A stretch of 40,285 bases of DNA from Anderseniella sp. (GTDB lineage: Bacteria; Pseudomonadota; Alphaproteobacteria; Rhizobiales; Aestuariivirgaceae): NCBI GenBank assembly GCA_033722845.1, contig JAWVYF010000001.1, positions 1 through 40,285 on the forward strand, read 5' to 3'. Every line of letters begins with the position of its first letter. Within the stretch, counting starts at the first letter, position 1. Both the position numbers and the translations under genes were made by a program. Below are positions 22,491 to 32,797 of this stretch, in pieces. The notes beneath the pieces are model-generated. The model saw only the letters and a program-made list of their open reading frames with translations, made no database searches and was not told the DNA's origin.

Positions 22491-24002
22491 TCAGCCCTGT
22501 TCGATCAGACGGGACAGCAGGCTGATTTCACGGGCCAGCTTCTCATCGCCCTGCATGAGTTCCTCAATCTTGCGGACAGCATGCAGCACGGTGGAGTGAT
22601 CACGATTGCCGAACCGGCGGCCGATCTCGGGCAGAGAGCGCGACGTCAGCTTCTTGGCCAGGTACATGCCGATTTGACGCGGCCGCACGATGGCGCGGGC
22701 CCGGCGCGGGCTGAGCAGGTCCGCGCGGGTGACGTTGTAGTGACGGCCCACAATGCGCAGGATGTCCTCTACCCGGATCCGCACCAGCTCGTTGGCCTGG
22801 GACAGATCGCGCAGGGCAAAGGCGGCCATGTCCACCGTCATCGGCTGCCGGGTCAGGTGCTGGCTGGCAATGATGCGGTTGAGCGCGCCTTCCAGCTCAC
22901 GCCCACCCCCGGTGATGCGGTTGGCAACAAATTCCAGCACTTCCTCGGCCACGATCAGGCTTGGGTCCTTGCGCTGCACAGCAGCCAGCTTGGTCTGCAG
23001 GATGTTGCGGCGAAGATCGAGATCAGGCGCCTCAATGTCTACAACCAGACCGCCAGCCAGTCGCGAGCGCATGCGCTGGTCGATACTTTCCAGCTGCGGC
23101 GGCGGCACGTCTGCCGCAATAACCACCTGCCGCTTGGCGTCTACCAGCGAATTGAAAGTGTGGTTGAACTCCTGCTGCATGGTCTTGCCCTGCAGGAACT
23201 GCAGGTCATCGATCAGCAGCACGTCGATAGACTGGAAATAGTCCTTGAATGACAACGTGTCCCTGACCTTGAGGGCGGCCATGAAGTGGTACATGAAGCG
23301 CTCTGCAGTGATGTAGAGCACCTTGCGGTCCGGGTTGAGATCGCGAATGCGCCACGCAATGGCATTGATAAGATGGGTCTTGCCAAGGCCCGCAGACGAA
23401 TGGATGAACAACGGATTGAAGCTGACCGGCGTACCGGGACGAGCTTCCGCGACACGCATCGCAGCAGCATGGGCAAGCGCGTTTGACTGGCCCTGTACGA
23501 AAGTCTCGAAGGTCAGGTTATGATCCAGCTGCGAGCCGCGATCGCGCTCGGGCAGGCTGGTCCGGACAGGCTTCGCAACAGGCTCAATGGGCTGCTGCTG
23601 CCCATCTTCCAGGCCGGCAACCGGCGTTACCGCCTGGGCAACCGTCGGCAATCCGCGGGTGCGCACCTGAATTTCCACCAGGGTGATGTCCTTGTACTCT
23701 GCTGCGCAGCAAGCAGTCAGCTGGTCCACATAGTGAGACTTGATCCATGAGCGCAGGAACCGGGTTGGCACCGATACGTTCAAGACACCGTCGGCCAGGC
23801 TTTCCGGCTCCATGCGGGCAAACCAGCTTGAATAGAGGTCTTCACCCAGTTCCGCCCGCAGACGCGTAGCAACCCGTGTCCACTTGCTGCCCAATGTCGA
23901 GCGCTCACCACCACTGTCTGGCATGCCTGAACCATTCCCCCTGTTGTGCTGTCCTTCGTGCCGCTTCGATGGTTCGTCATCATGTCGTTTTGAATGTGCC
24001 AT
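22491..24002 (-). CDS. dnaA: Chromosomal replication initiator DnaA
   Basis: NPLFIHSSAGLGKTHL, DVLLIDDLQF, EFNHTFN, RELEGAL, SLPEIGRRFGNRDHSTVLHA; ATG 24002 preceded by GAGGGAG. Confidence 0.99.
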   Translation of the reverse strand: MAHSKRHDDEPSKRHEGQHNRGNGSGMPDSGGERSTLGSKWTRVATRLRAELGEDLYSSWFARMEPESLADGVLNVSVPTRFLRSWIKSHYVDQLTACCAAEYKDITLVEIQVRTRGLPTVAQAVTPVAGLEDGQQQPIEPVAKPVRTSLPERDRGSQLDHNLTFETFVQGQSNALAHAAAMRVAEARPGTPVSFNPLFIHSSAGLGKTHLINAIAWRIRDLNPDRKVLYITAERFMYHFMAALKVRDTLSFKDYFQSIDVLLIDDLQFLQGKTMQQEFNHTFNSLVDAKRQVVIAADVPPPQLESIDQRMRSRLAGGLVVDIEAPDLDLRRNILQTKLAAVQRKDPSLIVAEEVLEFVANRITGGGRELEGALNRIIASQHLTRQPMTVDMAAFALRDLSQANELVRIRVEDILRIVGRHYNVTRADLLSPRRARAIVRPRQIGMYLAKKLTSRSLPEIGRRFGNRDHSTVLHAVRKIEELMQGDEKLAREISLLSRLIEQG

Positions 24003-24288
24003 CACTCCCTCAAGCGGTTTCAAAATTTCAGACTCTGTTTTCTCGCCGATGACAGCAGAAATTCGCGCAAGACAAAGGGCTTGCGGACTTCACAAAAGTC
24101 CGCAGCAAACCTTGATCTACCGACGAAATGCCGCCGCCTGTGACTGACCATGACCGGCCAGTCGCCCCGTTAAACTCTACCTACTCACAAGCCGAGTTGC
24201 CCCGTCCGGATCCCCCCGCCAAAGGTTGATCCGATTCTTTTTTGAACTTTGTTATTGACCCGCCGCAGGTGTCGCGGCCAGTGACAAG

Positions 24289-24318
24289 ACACTACAATCT
24301 GGCCTTTGAGCGATGCAA
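24289..24318 (-). promoter_or_regulatory. Possible sigma70 promoter for dnaA
   Basis: Minus strand TTGCAT-N18-TAGTGT, with a GANTC site just upstream (24327-24331). By-eye match only. Confidence 0.3.
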
Positions 24319-24585
24319 GTGATCATGAGTCGAACTGCCTCGCGCAGGGCGTGAATCCGGGCCCGGCAAACTGCTGCCATTTCTACTCAACACCCCGGCA
24401 AGCAGTTGAGTCTGATAGGCAATTTTTAACCGTCCCTGCTTTTCGAAAGCAGCGGAAAACTGCCAAAAAAAAATTTGCAAACCACCGCAAATCAGTGTTC
24501 CGAATCCCGGATTTTCCACTCAGCCAGAGATTGCAAGTTGTAAAATATTGATTTTATTTGTCTATTTTTGTCAGCTGCAGCTTTC

Positions 24586-24600
24586 GAACATTTCTTGAAC
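24586..24600. promoter_or_regulatory. Alphaproteobacterial LexA (SOS) box
   Basis: GAAC-ATTTCTT-GAAC (minus strand GTTC-AAGAAAT-GTTC), exact GTTC-N7-GTTC, in the rpsT-dnaA intergenic region. Confidence 0.5.
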
Positions 24601-24635
24601 ATGGGTGCCGGCGCATTGCTGCAGACCGGTGCGCC

Positions 24636-24665
24636 AAACAAAAAGGGCCGCCTGAGCGACCCTTC
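24636..24665 (-). terminator. Intrinsic terminator of rpsT
   Basis: Minus strand GAAGGGTCGC-TCAG-GCGGCCCTTT followed by TTGTTT. Confidence 0.8.
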
Positions 24666-24700
24666 GAAATTCTGCTGCAATGTTAGAAGCTTGCGCTAGG

Positions 24701-24967
24701 TCAAGCTGACAGTGCCTTGATGCGCTTGGCCAGCCGGGAGACTTTCCGCGACGCCGTATTCTTGTGCAGGATGCCCTTCTGGGCACCGCGCATCACTTCC
24801 GGCTGTGCTGCCTTGAGCGCTTCGGCGGCCGCTGCCTGGTCACCGCTGGCGATGGCTTCCTCGACCTTGCGAATGAAGCTGCGCACGCGGGAGCGGCGGT
24901 TGGTGTTGATGACGGTGCGGCGAGCGCTGCGCCGGACGGCTTTCTTTGCCGAACGAGTATTGGCCAT
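24701..24967 (-). CDS. rpsT: 30S ribosomal protein S20
   Basis: [13 protein letters not shown]...[16 protein letters not shown]; start ATG 24967. Confidence 0.98.
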   Translation of the reverse strand: MANTRSAKKAVRRSARRTVINTNRRSRVRSFIRKVEEAIASGDQAAAAEALKAAQPEVMRGAQKGILHKNTASRKVSRLAKRIKALSA

Positions 24968-25108
24968 GTCTTCTCTTTTCCTGATCACGCGGAGCGCCGC
25001 ATATGCGGTCAGGCCCCTCGAAAAACCTGTAGGATCTCTGCGACAGGATGCTGCCAGACGGCAATAGCCCGGCGCGCCCCAGAACAGAAGATGTCCTGAA
25101 TTGGCGGC

Positions 25109-25137
25109 TTCATACCGCAACTGTCTGGTGGCGTCAA
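25109..25137 (-). promoter_or_regulatory. Probable sigma70 promoter of rpsT
   Basis: Minus strand TTGACG-N17-TATGAA. Confidence 0.55.
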
Positions 25138-25189
25138 CAAACTCCTCCCGCTTGCAGGGCGGGCCGGATTGCCACAGTGCACCGTTCGG

Positions 25190-25963
25190 TCAGGAATTGG
25201 AGAACTTCGGCTTACGCTTTTCGGCAAAGGCCGACATGCCTTCCTTCTGGTCGTTGGTGGCAAACATGGCATGAAACAGGCGGCGTTCGAAGCGTACGCC
25301 CTCTGCAAGCGTTGTCTCGTAGGAGCGGTTGACCGATTCCTTGGTCATCATGGCAATGGGCCTGGACTTTGCAGCAATGACGCCGGCCACCTTGATGGCT
25401 TCATCGACCAGCTGGTCTGCCGGGACAATGCGCGACACAAGCCCCGAGCGCTCGGCCTCGCCGGCATCCATCATGCGGCCGGTGAGGCACATTTCCATGG
25501 CCTTGGACTTGCCAACGAACCGGGTCAGCCGCTGGGTGCCGCCCGCACCCGGCATGACGCCGAGGTTGATTTCGGGTTGGCCGAACTTTGCGGTATCTGC
25601 CGCCAGAATAAAATCGCACATCATGGCCATCTCGCAGCCGCCGCCCAGGGCATAGCCCGCCACCGCGGCAATAACCGGCTTGCGCACGGTGGTGATGCGT
25701 TCCCATTTACCAATGAAGTCGCCCATGTAAGTGTCCATGTAGGACTTGGACTGCATTTCCTTGATGTCGGCGCCTGCCGCAAAGGCCTTTTCGGAGCCAG
25801 TCAGCACGATGCAGCCAATGCTGTCATCTGCCTCGAAAGCATCGAGCGCCTCATTCAGCTCGGCAATCAGGTCAGAATTGAGCGCATTGAGGGCATCGGG
25901 CCGGTTCAGCCGGATCAGGCCAACACTGTCGTGGGTTTCAACCAGAATGTTCTGATAGCTCAT
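25190..25963 (-). CDS. Enoyl-CoA hydratase (crotonase family)
   Basis: [45 protein letters not shown]; start ATG 25963. Confidence 0.95.
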   Translation of the reverse strand: MSYQNILVETHDSVGLIRLNRPDALNALNSDLIAELNEALDAFEADDSIGCIVLTGSEKAFAAGADIKEMQSKSYMDTYMGDFIGKWERITTVRKPVIAAVAGYALGGGCEMAMMCDFILAADTAKFGQPEINLGVMPGAGGTQRLTRFVGKSKAMEMCLTGRMMDAGEAERSGLVSRIVPADQLVDEAIKVAGVIAAKSRPIAMMTKESVNRSYETTLAEGVRFERRLFHAMFATNDQKEGMSAFAEKRKPKFSNS

Positions 25964-26029
25964 GTGGGCGCACTCCCGGATTGCTGGATGATCGTTCCTC
26001 AATTGGTGGCGCAATAGACAGCAAACCCG

Positions 26030-26923
26030 CTATCGCTGGCAAGTGGGGCAATAGAAGGTGGAGCGGCCAGACTGGACAATGCGCCGGACGGTTGAGGTAC
26101 ATCCCGGCGAACGGCATGGCTCACCCTCGCGGTCATAAACATCAAATCGCTGCTGGAACGCGCCTGACGAGCCATCGGTGTGGACGTAGTCGCGCAAGGT
26201 GGACCCGCCTGCAGCTATTGCTTCGTTCAGCACCTCGCGTACCGATCTCACCAATGCCTCAACGCGAGGGCTGGCGCCACGCTTGCGCACGATTGTGCCG
26301 GCCAGGCGGCGAGGCGAGAGCCGGGCCCGGTAGAGCGCTTCACAGACATATATATTGCCGAGGCCTGCGATGATGCGCTGGTCCAGCAGCGCAGCCTTGA
26401 GAGGAGTCTTGCGTCCGGCAAGGGCGGTGGAAAGATATTCTGCGTTGAATTCGTTCCCCAGCGGCTCCACCCCCAGGCCGGCGAGAAACCGGTTGGCCGT
26501 CATCGCGCCGGGCGCAATCAGGTCTACAAAGCCAAACCGGCGCGGGTCGGCATAGACAATGCGTGTGCCATCTTCGAGATCAATCACCATGTGATCGTGC
26601 GGGCCGTCGCCCTGGCGGCCTGCTTCTTCGGCAAAATAGAATTCTCCCAGGTTCCGGGCCGCACCGTCCGGCTGCCAGATGGTAAAGCGCCCTGTCATGC
26701 CCAGGTGGGCCAGCAGAATTGTGCCGCCTGACAAGTGCACGAGTATGTACTTGGCGCGCCGCTCCACGTGATCCACCACGGCGCCGGCAAGCGCGGCTGC
26801 CAGCCCTGCCGGAAACGGAAACCGCAAGTCCGGCCGGTTGAGCCGTACGGCTGCAATGCGCCGTCCTGCCAGGGCAGGCTCGAGGCCCCGGCAAACAGTC
26901 TCCACTTCGGGCAATTCAGGCAT
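26030..26923 (-). CDS. mutM: Formamidopyrimidine-DNA glycosylase Fpg
   Basis: N-terminal [34 protein letters not shown]-terminal zinc finger C..C...[10 protein letters not shown]. Confidence 0.98.
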   Translation of the reverse strand: MPELPEVETVCRGLEPALAGRRIAAVRLNRPDLRFPFPAGLAAALAGAVVDHVERRAKYILVHLSGGTILLAHLGMTGRFTIWQPDGAARNLGEFYFAEEAGRQGDGPHDHMVIDLEDGTRIVYADPRRFGFVDLIAPGAMTANRFLAGLGVEPLGNEFNAEYLSTALAGRKTPLKAALLDQRIIAGLGNIYVCEALYRARLSPRRLAGTIVRKRGASPRVEALVRSVREVLNEAIAAGGSTLRDYVHTDGSSGAFQQRFDVYDREGEPCRSPGCTSTVRRIVQSGRSTFYCPTCQR

Positions 26924-27027
26924 CTCGTTCTCGTTCGGCTCAAGGGCTGCGGCACGTTCACCGTGTCTGCTGCAACAGATAGCCATGATCGCCGGTCTGG
27001 TCTATGGTGCGCCGCAAGATGGGATCC

Positions 27028-27795
27028 ATGAACGACGATACCAAGAGCCGCGAAACCTCGTTCGGTTTTCGCACGGTTGCAGAAGACGACCGCCAGGGCC
27101 TGGTGAACGAAGTGTTCGCCAAGGTGGCGGCCCGCTATGACCAGATGAATGACCTGATGTCGGCCGGTCTGCACCGGCTGTGGAAGGACGACTTCATCGC
27201 CCTGCTCAATCCGCCAAAATCGGACCGGCCATTCAAGGTGCTGGACGTGGCCGGCGGCACCGGCGACATCGCATTTCGCATCGCCGGCGCAGGTGGTAGC
27301 GGCACTCTCGTTACCGTGGCCGATATCTCTGAAAACATGGTGCGCGAAGGCGCCCGGCGCTCAGCTACCGAGCCATCGGGCCCCAAGTGCAGTTTCACCG
27401 TGGGGACGGCTGAAGATCTGGCGTTTCCCGACAACAGCTTCGATGCCTACACCATTTCGTTTGGCATCCGGAACGTCACCCATATTGATGTCGCGCTGGC
27501 TGAAGCCTACCGGGTGTTGAAACCGGGGGGTCGTTTCCTCTGTCTGGAGTTTTCCCATGTGGACGTGCCCGGCATGGAGCAGGTTTATGAAGCCTACTCG
27601 ATGACGGTCATTCCCGCGGTCGGCAAGATCGTCACCGGCGATGGCGACCCGTACCGCTACCTCGTTGAGAGCATCCGCAAGTTTCCGGCACCACAGGCCT
27701 TCGAGAACATGATCAGGGATGCCGGTTTCGTGCGCTCCAGCCACCGGATGCTGACCGGCGGTATCGTTGCCATACACTCGGGCTGGAAAGTCTAG
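27028..27795 (+). CDS. ubiE: Ubiquinone/menaquinone biosynthesis C-methyltransferase
   Basis: [53 protein letters not shown]. Confidence 0.96.
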   Translation: MNDDTKSRETSFGFRTVAEDDRQGLVNEVFAKVAARYDQMNDLMSAGLHRLWKDDFIALLNPPKSDRPFKVLDVAGGTGDIAFRIAGAGGSGTLVTVADISENMVREGARRSATEPSGPKCSFTVGTAEDLAFPDNSFDAYTISFGIRNVTHIDVALAEAYRVLKPGGRFLCLEFSHVDVPGMEQVYEAYSMTVIPAVGKIVTGDGDPYRYLVESIRKFPAPQAFENMIRDAGFVRSSHRMLTGGIVAIHSGWKV

Positions 27796-27799
27796 CGGC

Positions 27800-29380
27800 A
27801 TGCTGCGCCAGATCAGGCATATGGCCAAGCTGGCCCGCGCCGCTCGGGTGATTGCGCGCCACGGCGGTCTGGATGCCGCGCTGGAAGACCCGCAGGTTCC
27901 CGCGCCAGCCAAGACCGCCTTGCGCCTGATCGGGGCGGGCAAGCCCAGGGCGCGTGGAGAGGACACAGGTCTTGCCAAGGCGCTTGAGGAACTTGGGCCA
28001 AGCTACATCAAGCTGGGACAGTTCCTTGCCACCCGGCCCGACATCATCGGACCTGAGCGGTCAAAAGGCTTGCGCCAGCTGCAGGACCGCATGGCGCCTT
28101 TCGCTATGAACGAGGCGCGCGAGATCATCCGGAAGGGCCTTGGCCGGCCAGCGGGAGAGGTGTTTCCAGCCCTGTCGGAACCGGTTGCGGCGGCTTCTAT
28201 TGCCCAGGTGCACAAGGCGGAAGTGACCGACGAAGACGGCAAGCGGCGGCAGGTCGCTGTCAAGGTTCTCCGGCCGGACGTCGAAGTTCGCTTTCGCGAT
28301 GATCTTGACACCTTCTTTACCGCTGCCCGGCTGGCCGAGCGGTTTTCCGCCGAGGCCCGCAGGCTGCGGTTCGTCAAGGCGGTGGAGACGCTTGAGCGCT
28401 CGGTCGAGCTGGAGATGGACTTGAGACTGGAAGCCTCGGCCATGTCTGAAATGGCAGAGAATACCCGCAACGATCCGGGCTTCCGGGTACCGGACGTGTT
28501 CTGGCAGGAAACCTCGCGACGGGTGTTGACCAGCGAGTGGATCGACGGCATTGCACTGACCGATACCGAAGCGCTGGCGGCTTCCGGGCTGGACCTGCAC
28601 CGGCTAGGAGACACAGTGATCCAGTCGTTCCTGCGCCATGCCATGCGCGACGGCTTCTTCCATGCCGACATGCATCAGGGCAACCTGTTCATCGACCGCG
28701 ACAACAACCTGGTCGCCGTGGACTATGGCATCATGGGCAGGCTGAGCATCAAGGAGCGCCGCTTCCTCGCCGAGATCCTGTGGGGCTTCATCCGGCGTGA
28801 TTACCGGCGCATTGCCGAGGTGCACTTCGAGGCGGGCTACGTGCCTGCGGATCAGGACGTAGACCTGTTCGCCCAGGCGTTGCGCGCCATTGGTGAGCCG
28901 ATCATGGGACGCTCATCGTCGGACATCTCCATGGGACGTCTGCTCACCCAACTGTTCGAGGTGACCGGGCAGTTCTCGATGGAAACCCAGCCGCAGCTCA
29001 TATTGCTGCAAAAGACAATGGTGGTCGTGGAGGGCGTTGCCCGAAGCTTCAATCCGAAACTCAACATGTGGGTGACGGCAGAGCCCGTTGTGGCCGAATG
29101 GGTGGAGCAGAACCTTGGCGCACGCGCACGCCTTGAAGAAGCAGCCGATGGCGCGGCCACGCTGGGCAAGCTCGCTGCGGCCTTTCCTGAAGCAATGAGC
29201 GAGGTAAGCCAGGCCACCCATCTGTTGTCTACAATGGCGCGCTCGGGCGGCATCCGGCTGGACAAGGAAACCACCGAGCAGATCGCACAGGCGCAGTCGC
29301 GGCACTCGTCCTCCACCCGCGGCGCGCTGTGGGTCGGCGCGGTGGCACTGGTGGTTCTCGCGCTGTCTCAGGCATTGTAA
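27800..29380 (+). CDS. ubiB: Ubiquinone biosynthesis kinase-like protein UbiB
   Basis: LGPSYIKLGQFLATRPD, AAASIAQVH, VAVKV, FFHADMHQGN, DYGIMG, LLQKTMV. Confidence 0.96.
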   Translation: MLRQIRHMAKLARAARVIARHGGLDAALEDPQVPAPAKTALRLIGAGKPRARGEDTGLAKALEELGPSYIKLGQFLATRPDIIGPERSKGLRQLQDRMAPFAMNEAREIIRKGLGRPAGEVFPALSEPVAAASIAQVHKAEVTDEDGKRRQVAVKVLRPDVEVRFRDDLDTFFTAARLAERFSAEARRLRFVKAVETLERSVELEMDLRLEASAMSEMAENTRNDPGFRVPDVFWQETSRRVLTSEWIDGIALTDTEALAASGLDLHRLGDTVIQSFLRHAMRDGFFHADMHQGNLFIDRDNNLVAVDYGIMGRLSIKERRFLAEILWGFIRRDYRRIAEVHFEAGYVPADQDVDLFAQALRAIGEPIMGRSSSDISMGRLLTQLFEVTGQFSMETQPQLILLQKTMVVVEGVARSFNPKLNMWVTAEPVVAEWVEQNLGARARLEEAADGAATLGKLAAAFPEAMSEVSQATHLLSTMARSGGIRLDKETTEQIAQAQSRHSSSTRGALWVGAVALVVLALSQAL

Positions 29381-29390
29381 GGTGAGCCCC

Positions 29391-30629
29391 ATGAGCAATG
29401 ACACCAAGCGCATCCTGCTGATCATCGGCGGTGGTATCGCGGCCTACAAGTCGCTCGAGCTGATCCGGCTGTGCAAGAAGGCCGGCATCGCCGTTACGCC
29501 CATCCTCACCCGCGCGGGCGCGGAATTCGTCACGCCCCTGTCGGTGTCAGGCCTTGCAGGCGAGAAAGTCTACACCGACTTGTTCGACCTGACCGATGAA
29601 GCCGAGATGGGACACATCCAGCTGTCACGCATCGCGGATCTTGTGGTCGTAGCGCCTGCCACTGCCGACCTGATGGCCAAAATGGCGTCAGGCCTTGCCA
29701 ATGACCTTGCATCTACCGCACTGATGGCGACCGACAAGCCGGTGCTGCTTGCGCCCGCCATGAACGTGCGGATGTGGCAACACCCCGCCACCCAGCGCAA
29801 CATTGCCACCCTGAAGGGTGACGGCGTGCTGTTTACCGGCCCGGACGAGGGCGACATGGCCTGCGGTGAATACGGACCAGGCCGCATGAGCGAACCGGCA
29901 GACATTTTCGCCGCGATCCAGAATTTCTATGGCGATGAACCTTCCGCTCAACCCGGCATTCCGTCCGGGCCGCTGACCGGCAAGAAGGTGGTGATCACCG
30001 CCGGGCCCACGCACGAACCGATTGACCCGGTCCGCTACATTGCCAACCGGTCGTCCGGAAAGCAGGGCTATGCCCTGGCTGAAGCAGCAATTGCATTGGG
30101 GGCTGAAGTGGCACTTGTGTCCGGCCCCGTCCACCTGTCCGTCCCGCCCGGCGTGGAACTGATCAATGTGGAGACAGCCCGCCAAATGCTGGAAGCGGTC
30201 GAAGGCGAATTGCCGTGCGACATCGCCATTTTCTGTGCCGCCGTTGCCGACTGGCGCACGGCAACAGACGCCAGGCAGAAGATGAAGAAGGACGGCTCCG
30301 GCAAGGTGCCATCGCTGGAGCTGACCGAAAACCCGGACATCCTGAAAACCATTGGCCACCTGAAAAAGGCGCGCCCGCCGCTGGTCATCGGCTTTGCCGC
30401 CGAAACGGAGAACGTCATCGCCAACGCGCAGAAGAAACTGAAGGCCAAAGCCGCTGACCTGATCGTGGCCAATGATGTCAGCCATGAAGGTGGCGTGATG
30501 GGCGGCAGCGAAAACACCGTCCATCTCGTCGGCAAGGACGGCGTTGAGAACTGGGACAAGATGAGCAAGCAGGACGTGGCCCGCAAACTGATGGACCGTT
30601 TCGCTGCGCTGTATCTCGCCGGGGCATGA
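29391..30629 (+). CDS. coaBC: Bifunctional phosphopantothenoylcysteine decarboxylase/synthase
   Basis: [59 protein letters not shown]. Confidence 0.97.
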   Translation: MSNDTKRILLIIGGGIAAYKSLELIRLCKKAGIAVTPILTRAGAEFVTPLSVSGLAGEKVYTDLFDLTDEAEMGHIQLSRIADLVVVAPATADLMAKMASGLANDLASTALMATDKPVLLAPAMNVRMWQHPATQRNIATLKGDGVLFTGPDEGDMACGEYGPGRMSEPADIFAAIQNFYGDEPSAQPGIPSGPLTGKKVVITAGPTHEPIDPVRYIANRSSGKQGYALAEAAIALGAEVALVSGPVHLSVPPGVELINVETARQMLEAVEGELPCDIAIFCAAVADWRTATDARQKMKKDGSGKVPSLELTENPDILKTIGHLKKARPPLVIGFAAETENVIANAQKKLKAKAADLIVANDVSHEGGVMGGSENTVHLVGKDGVENWDKMSKQDVARKLMDRFAALYLAGA

Positions 30630-31081
30630 GCATCGTCGTCGAGATCAAGTGGCTCGACCATGGGCACGGACTTGAACCGCCGGCCTATGCCACGGCAGAT
30701 TCGGCGGGCATGGACTTGCGTGCCGCCGTGCCGGCAGACGCACCGGTGACGCTGCAACCGGGCCAGCGCGCACTCATCGACACCGGGTTCTGCATGGCGC
30801 TTCCTGCCGGTTACGAGGCCCAGGTGCGTCCGCGCTCCGGCCTTGCCATCAAGCATGGCATCACCTGCCTCAACACGCCCGGCACCATCGATGCCGATTA
30901 TCGCGGCGAGGTGAAGGTCATTCTCATCAACCTTGGCGATGCACCGTTCATCATCGAACGCGGCGAGCGTATTGCCCAGATGGTGATTGCGCCGGTCACG
31001 CAGGCACAGGTGAGCGTTGTCACGCAACTGGACGAAACCTCGCGCGGCAGCGGCGGCTTTGGTTCGACCGGCAGGAGCTGA
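30626..31081 (+). CDS. dut: dUTP diphosphatase
   Basis: [40 protein letters not shown]; ATGA overlap with coaBC. Confidence 0.98.
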   Translation: MSIVVEIKWLDHGHGLEPPAYATADSAGMDLRAAVPADAPVTLQPGQRALIDTGFCMALPAGYEAQVRPRSGLAIKHGITCLNTPGTIDADYRGEVKVILINLGDAPFIIERGERIAQMVIAPVTQAQVSVVTQLDETSRGSGGFGSTGRS

Positions 31082-31085
31082 CAGC

Positions 31086-31895
31086 ATGGCATTGAGCGAC
31101 GATGAGCTTGAACGCTATGCCCGGCACATCGTGCTGCGTGAATTGGGCGGTCCCGGTCAGCAAAAGCTGCAGGCCGCGAAGGTGCTGGTGATTGGCGCAG
31201 GCGGACTTGGGGCCCCGTCGCTGCTCTACCTTGCAGCCGCAGGCGTGGGCACCATCGGCATCGTGGACGACGATCATGTCAGCTTGTCCAACCTGCAGCG
31301 GCAGATCATTCACGACACGCCGGGCGCGGCCCGCAAACAGGCCAAGACCGAAAGCGCCGCAGCGCGGATACACGAACTGAACCCCAACGTACAGGTGGTG
31401 CAGCACAACACGCGGATCGATGCCACCAACGCGCTTGAGATCATTTCCGGCTACGACATCGTGGCCGATGGCTGTGACAATTTCCGCACCCGCTTTCTGG
31501 TGTCGGACGCTTGCTACCTGGCCGGCAAGACGCTCGTGTCAGCTGCGGTCGGCCAGTTTGACGGCCAGCTTTCCACCTTCAAGCCGCACCTGAAACAGGA
31601 CGATGGTACGCCTTTCCCCAGCTATCGCTGTCTGCACCCGGAGATGCCGCCGGATGGCATGATCCCGTCCTGCGAGGAAGCCGGTATCCTTGGCGCCCTT
31701 ACTGGCGTGATTGGATCGATGCAGGCGATGGAGGTGATCAAGGAGATCGCGGGGATCGGCGACAGCCTTGCCGGGCGGATGGTCATGTACGATGCGCTGT
31801 CAGCACGCTTCATGACAACGAAGCTGAGGTGGAACCCGGCCAACCCGCTCAATGGCGAGACACCCTCAATCAGGGATCTCAGCCACTTCAGCTGA
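31086..31895 (+). CDS. moeB: MoeB/ThiF/HesA family adenylyltransferase
   Basis: ERYARHI, VLVIGAGGLG, DDDHVSLSNLQRQ, DGCDNF; start ATG 31086. MoeB versus ThiF not certain. Confidence 0.85.
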   Translation: MALSDDELERYARHIVLRELGGPGQQKLQAAKVLVIGAGGLGAPSLLYLAAAGVGTIGIVDDDHVSLSNLQRQIIHDTPGAARKQAKTESAAARIHELNPNVQVVQHNTRIDATNALEIISGYDIVADGCDNFRTRFLVSDACYLAGKTLVSAAVGQFDGQLSTFKPHLKQDDGTPFPSYRCLHPEMPPDGMIPSCEEAGILGALTGVIGSMQAMEVIKEIAGIGDSLAGRMVMYDALSARFMTTKLRWNPANPLNGETPSIRDLSHFS

Positions 31896-31900
31896 AGCGC

Positions 31901-32716
31901 CTATTCCGGCTTGCCGTTGAGGTCTTCCGGCCGCGGCGTGGAGATGATGTTGTAGCCCGCATCCACGAAATGCACTTCGCCCGTCACCCCGCCGGACAGC
32001 GGCGAGAGCAGGTAGAGGCCGGCCCCACCCACTTCTTCCAGAGCAACCGGGCGGCGCAGCGGCGAGTGCTGGCGCTGGAACGCAAACATCGCGCGCGCAT
32101 CGCCAATGCCAGCGCCTGCAAGCGTACGCATAGGGCCAGCAGAGATCGCGTTGACACGGATACCGCGCGGGCCATAGTCGGCAGCGAGGTAGCGTACCGA
32201 AGCTTCAAGTGCTGCCTTGGCAACGCCCATCACGTTGTAGTTCGGCATGACCCGCGTCGCCCCGCCATAGGTCAGCGTTACCATGGAGCCGCCTTCGTTC
32301 ATCATGGCAGCTGCGCGCTTTGCAATCTCGGTGAACGAGAAGCACGAGATGATCATGGTGCGCGAGAAGTTTTCCCGCGTGGTGTCTGCGTACAGACCCT
32401 TCAGTTCGTTCTTGTCGGAATAAGCGATGGCATGAACCACGAAGTCCAGCGTGCCCCACTCTGCCTTCAGCTTGTCGAACACCGCATCGACTGTGGCGAT
32501 GTCTTCCACGTCGCACGGCATGACCAGCGATGAGCCGGCACTTTCAGCCAGTGGCGCAACACGTTTGCCGAACGCTTCACCCTGATAGGTGAAGGCCAGT
32601 TCAGCGCCATGTTCGCGCAATGACCTGGCAATGCCCCAAGCTATGGAATGGTCGTTGGCCACACCCATGATCAGGCCACGGCGGCCCTTCATCAGATCGC
32701 TCTTCACTTCAATCAT
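31901..32716 (-). CDS. fabI: Enoyl-ACP reductase FabI
   Basis: GVANDHSIAWGIA, VHAIAY, PNYNVMGVAKAALEASVRYLA, VNAISAGP.RTLA. Confidence 0.97.
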   Translation of the reverse strand: MIEVKSDLMKGRRGLIMGVANDHSIAWGIARSLREHGAELAFTYQGEAFGKRVAPLAESAGSSLVMPCDVEDIATVDAVFDKLKAEWGTLDFVVHAIAYSDKNELKGLYADTTRENFSRTMIISCFSFTEIAKRAAAMMNEGGSMVTLTYGGATRVMPNYNVMGVAKAALEASVRYLAADYGPRGIRVNAISAGPMRTLAGAGIGDARAMFAFQRQHSPLRRPVALEEVGGAGLYLLSPLSGGVTGEVHFVDAGYNIISTPRPEDLNGKPE

Positions 32717-32797
32717 GCTGGAAACCCGAAACCATCCCTGCTGGCAGGCCGCTCAGGATGAACGGCAGCTGCACCTAACCCCTGCTGGGGCGGATGC

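Noticed and set aside
23370-23410. Non-canonical DnaA Walker A (SSAGLGKT)
   Set aside because: Replacement of the first Gly by Ser or Ala is, to my knowledge, usual in rhizobial DnaA; GKT is intact.
24292-24680. Small ORFs in the rpsT-dnaA spacer (62-81 aa)
   Set aside because: Non-ATG starts, no SD, AT-rich composition unlike the genome's codon usage, and no motifs. Ribosome profiling would be needed to exclude them fully.
22273-24700. oriC next to dnaA
   Set aside because: Only one consensus DnaA box (22429-22437) and one near match (TTTTCCACT, 24512-24520) were found, with no cluster. Many alphaproteobacterial origins lie near hemE instead. GC-skew or Ori-Finder analysis would be needed to exclude it fully.
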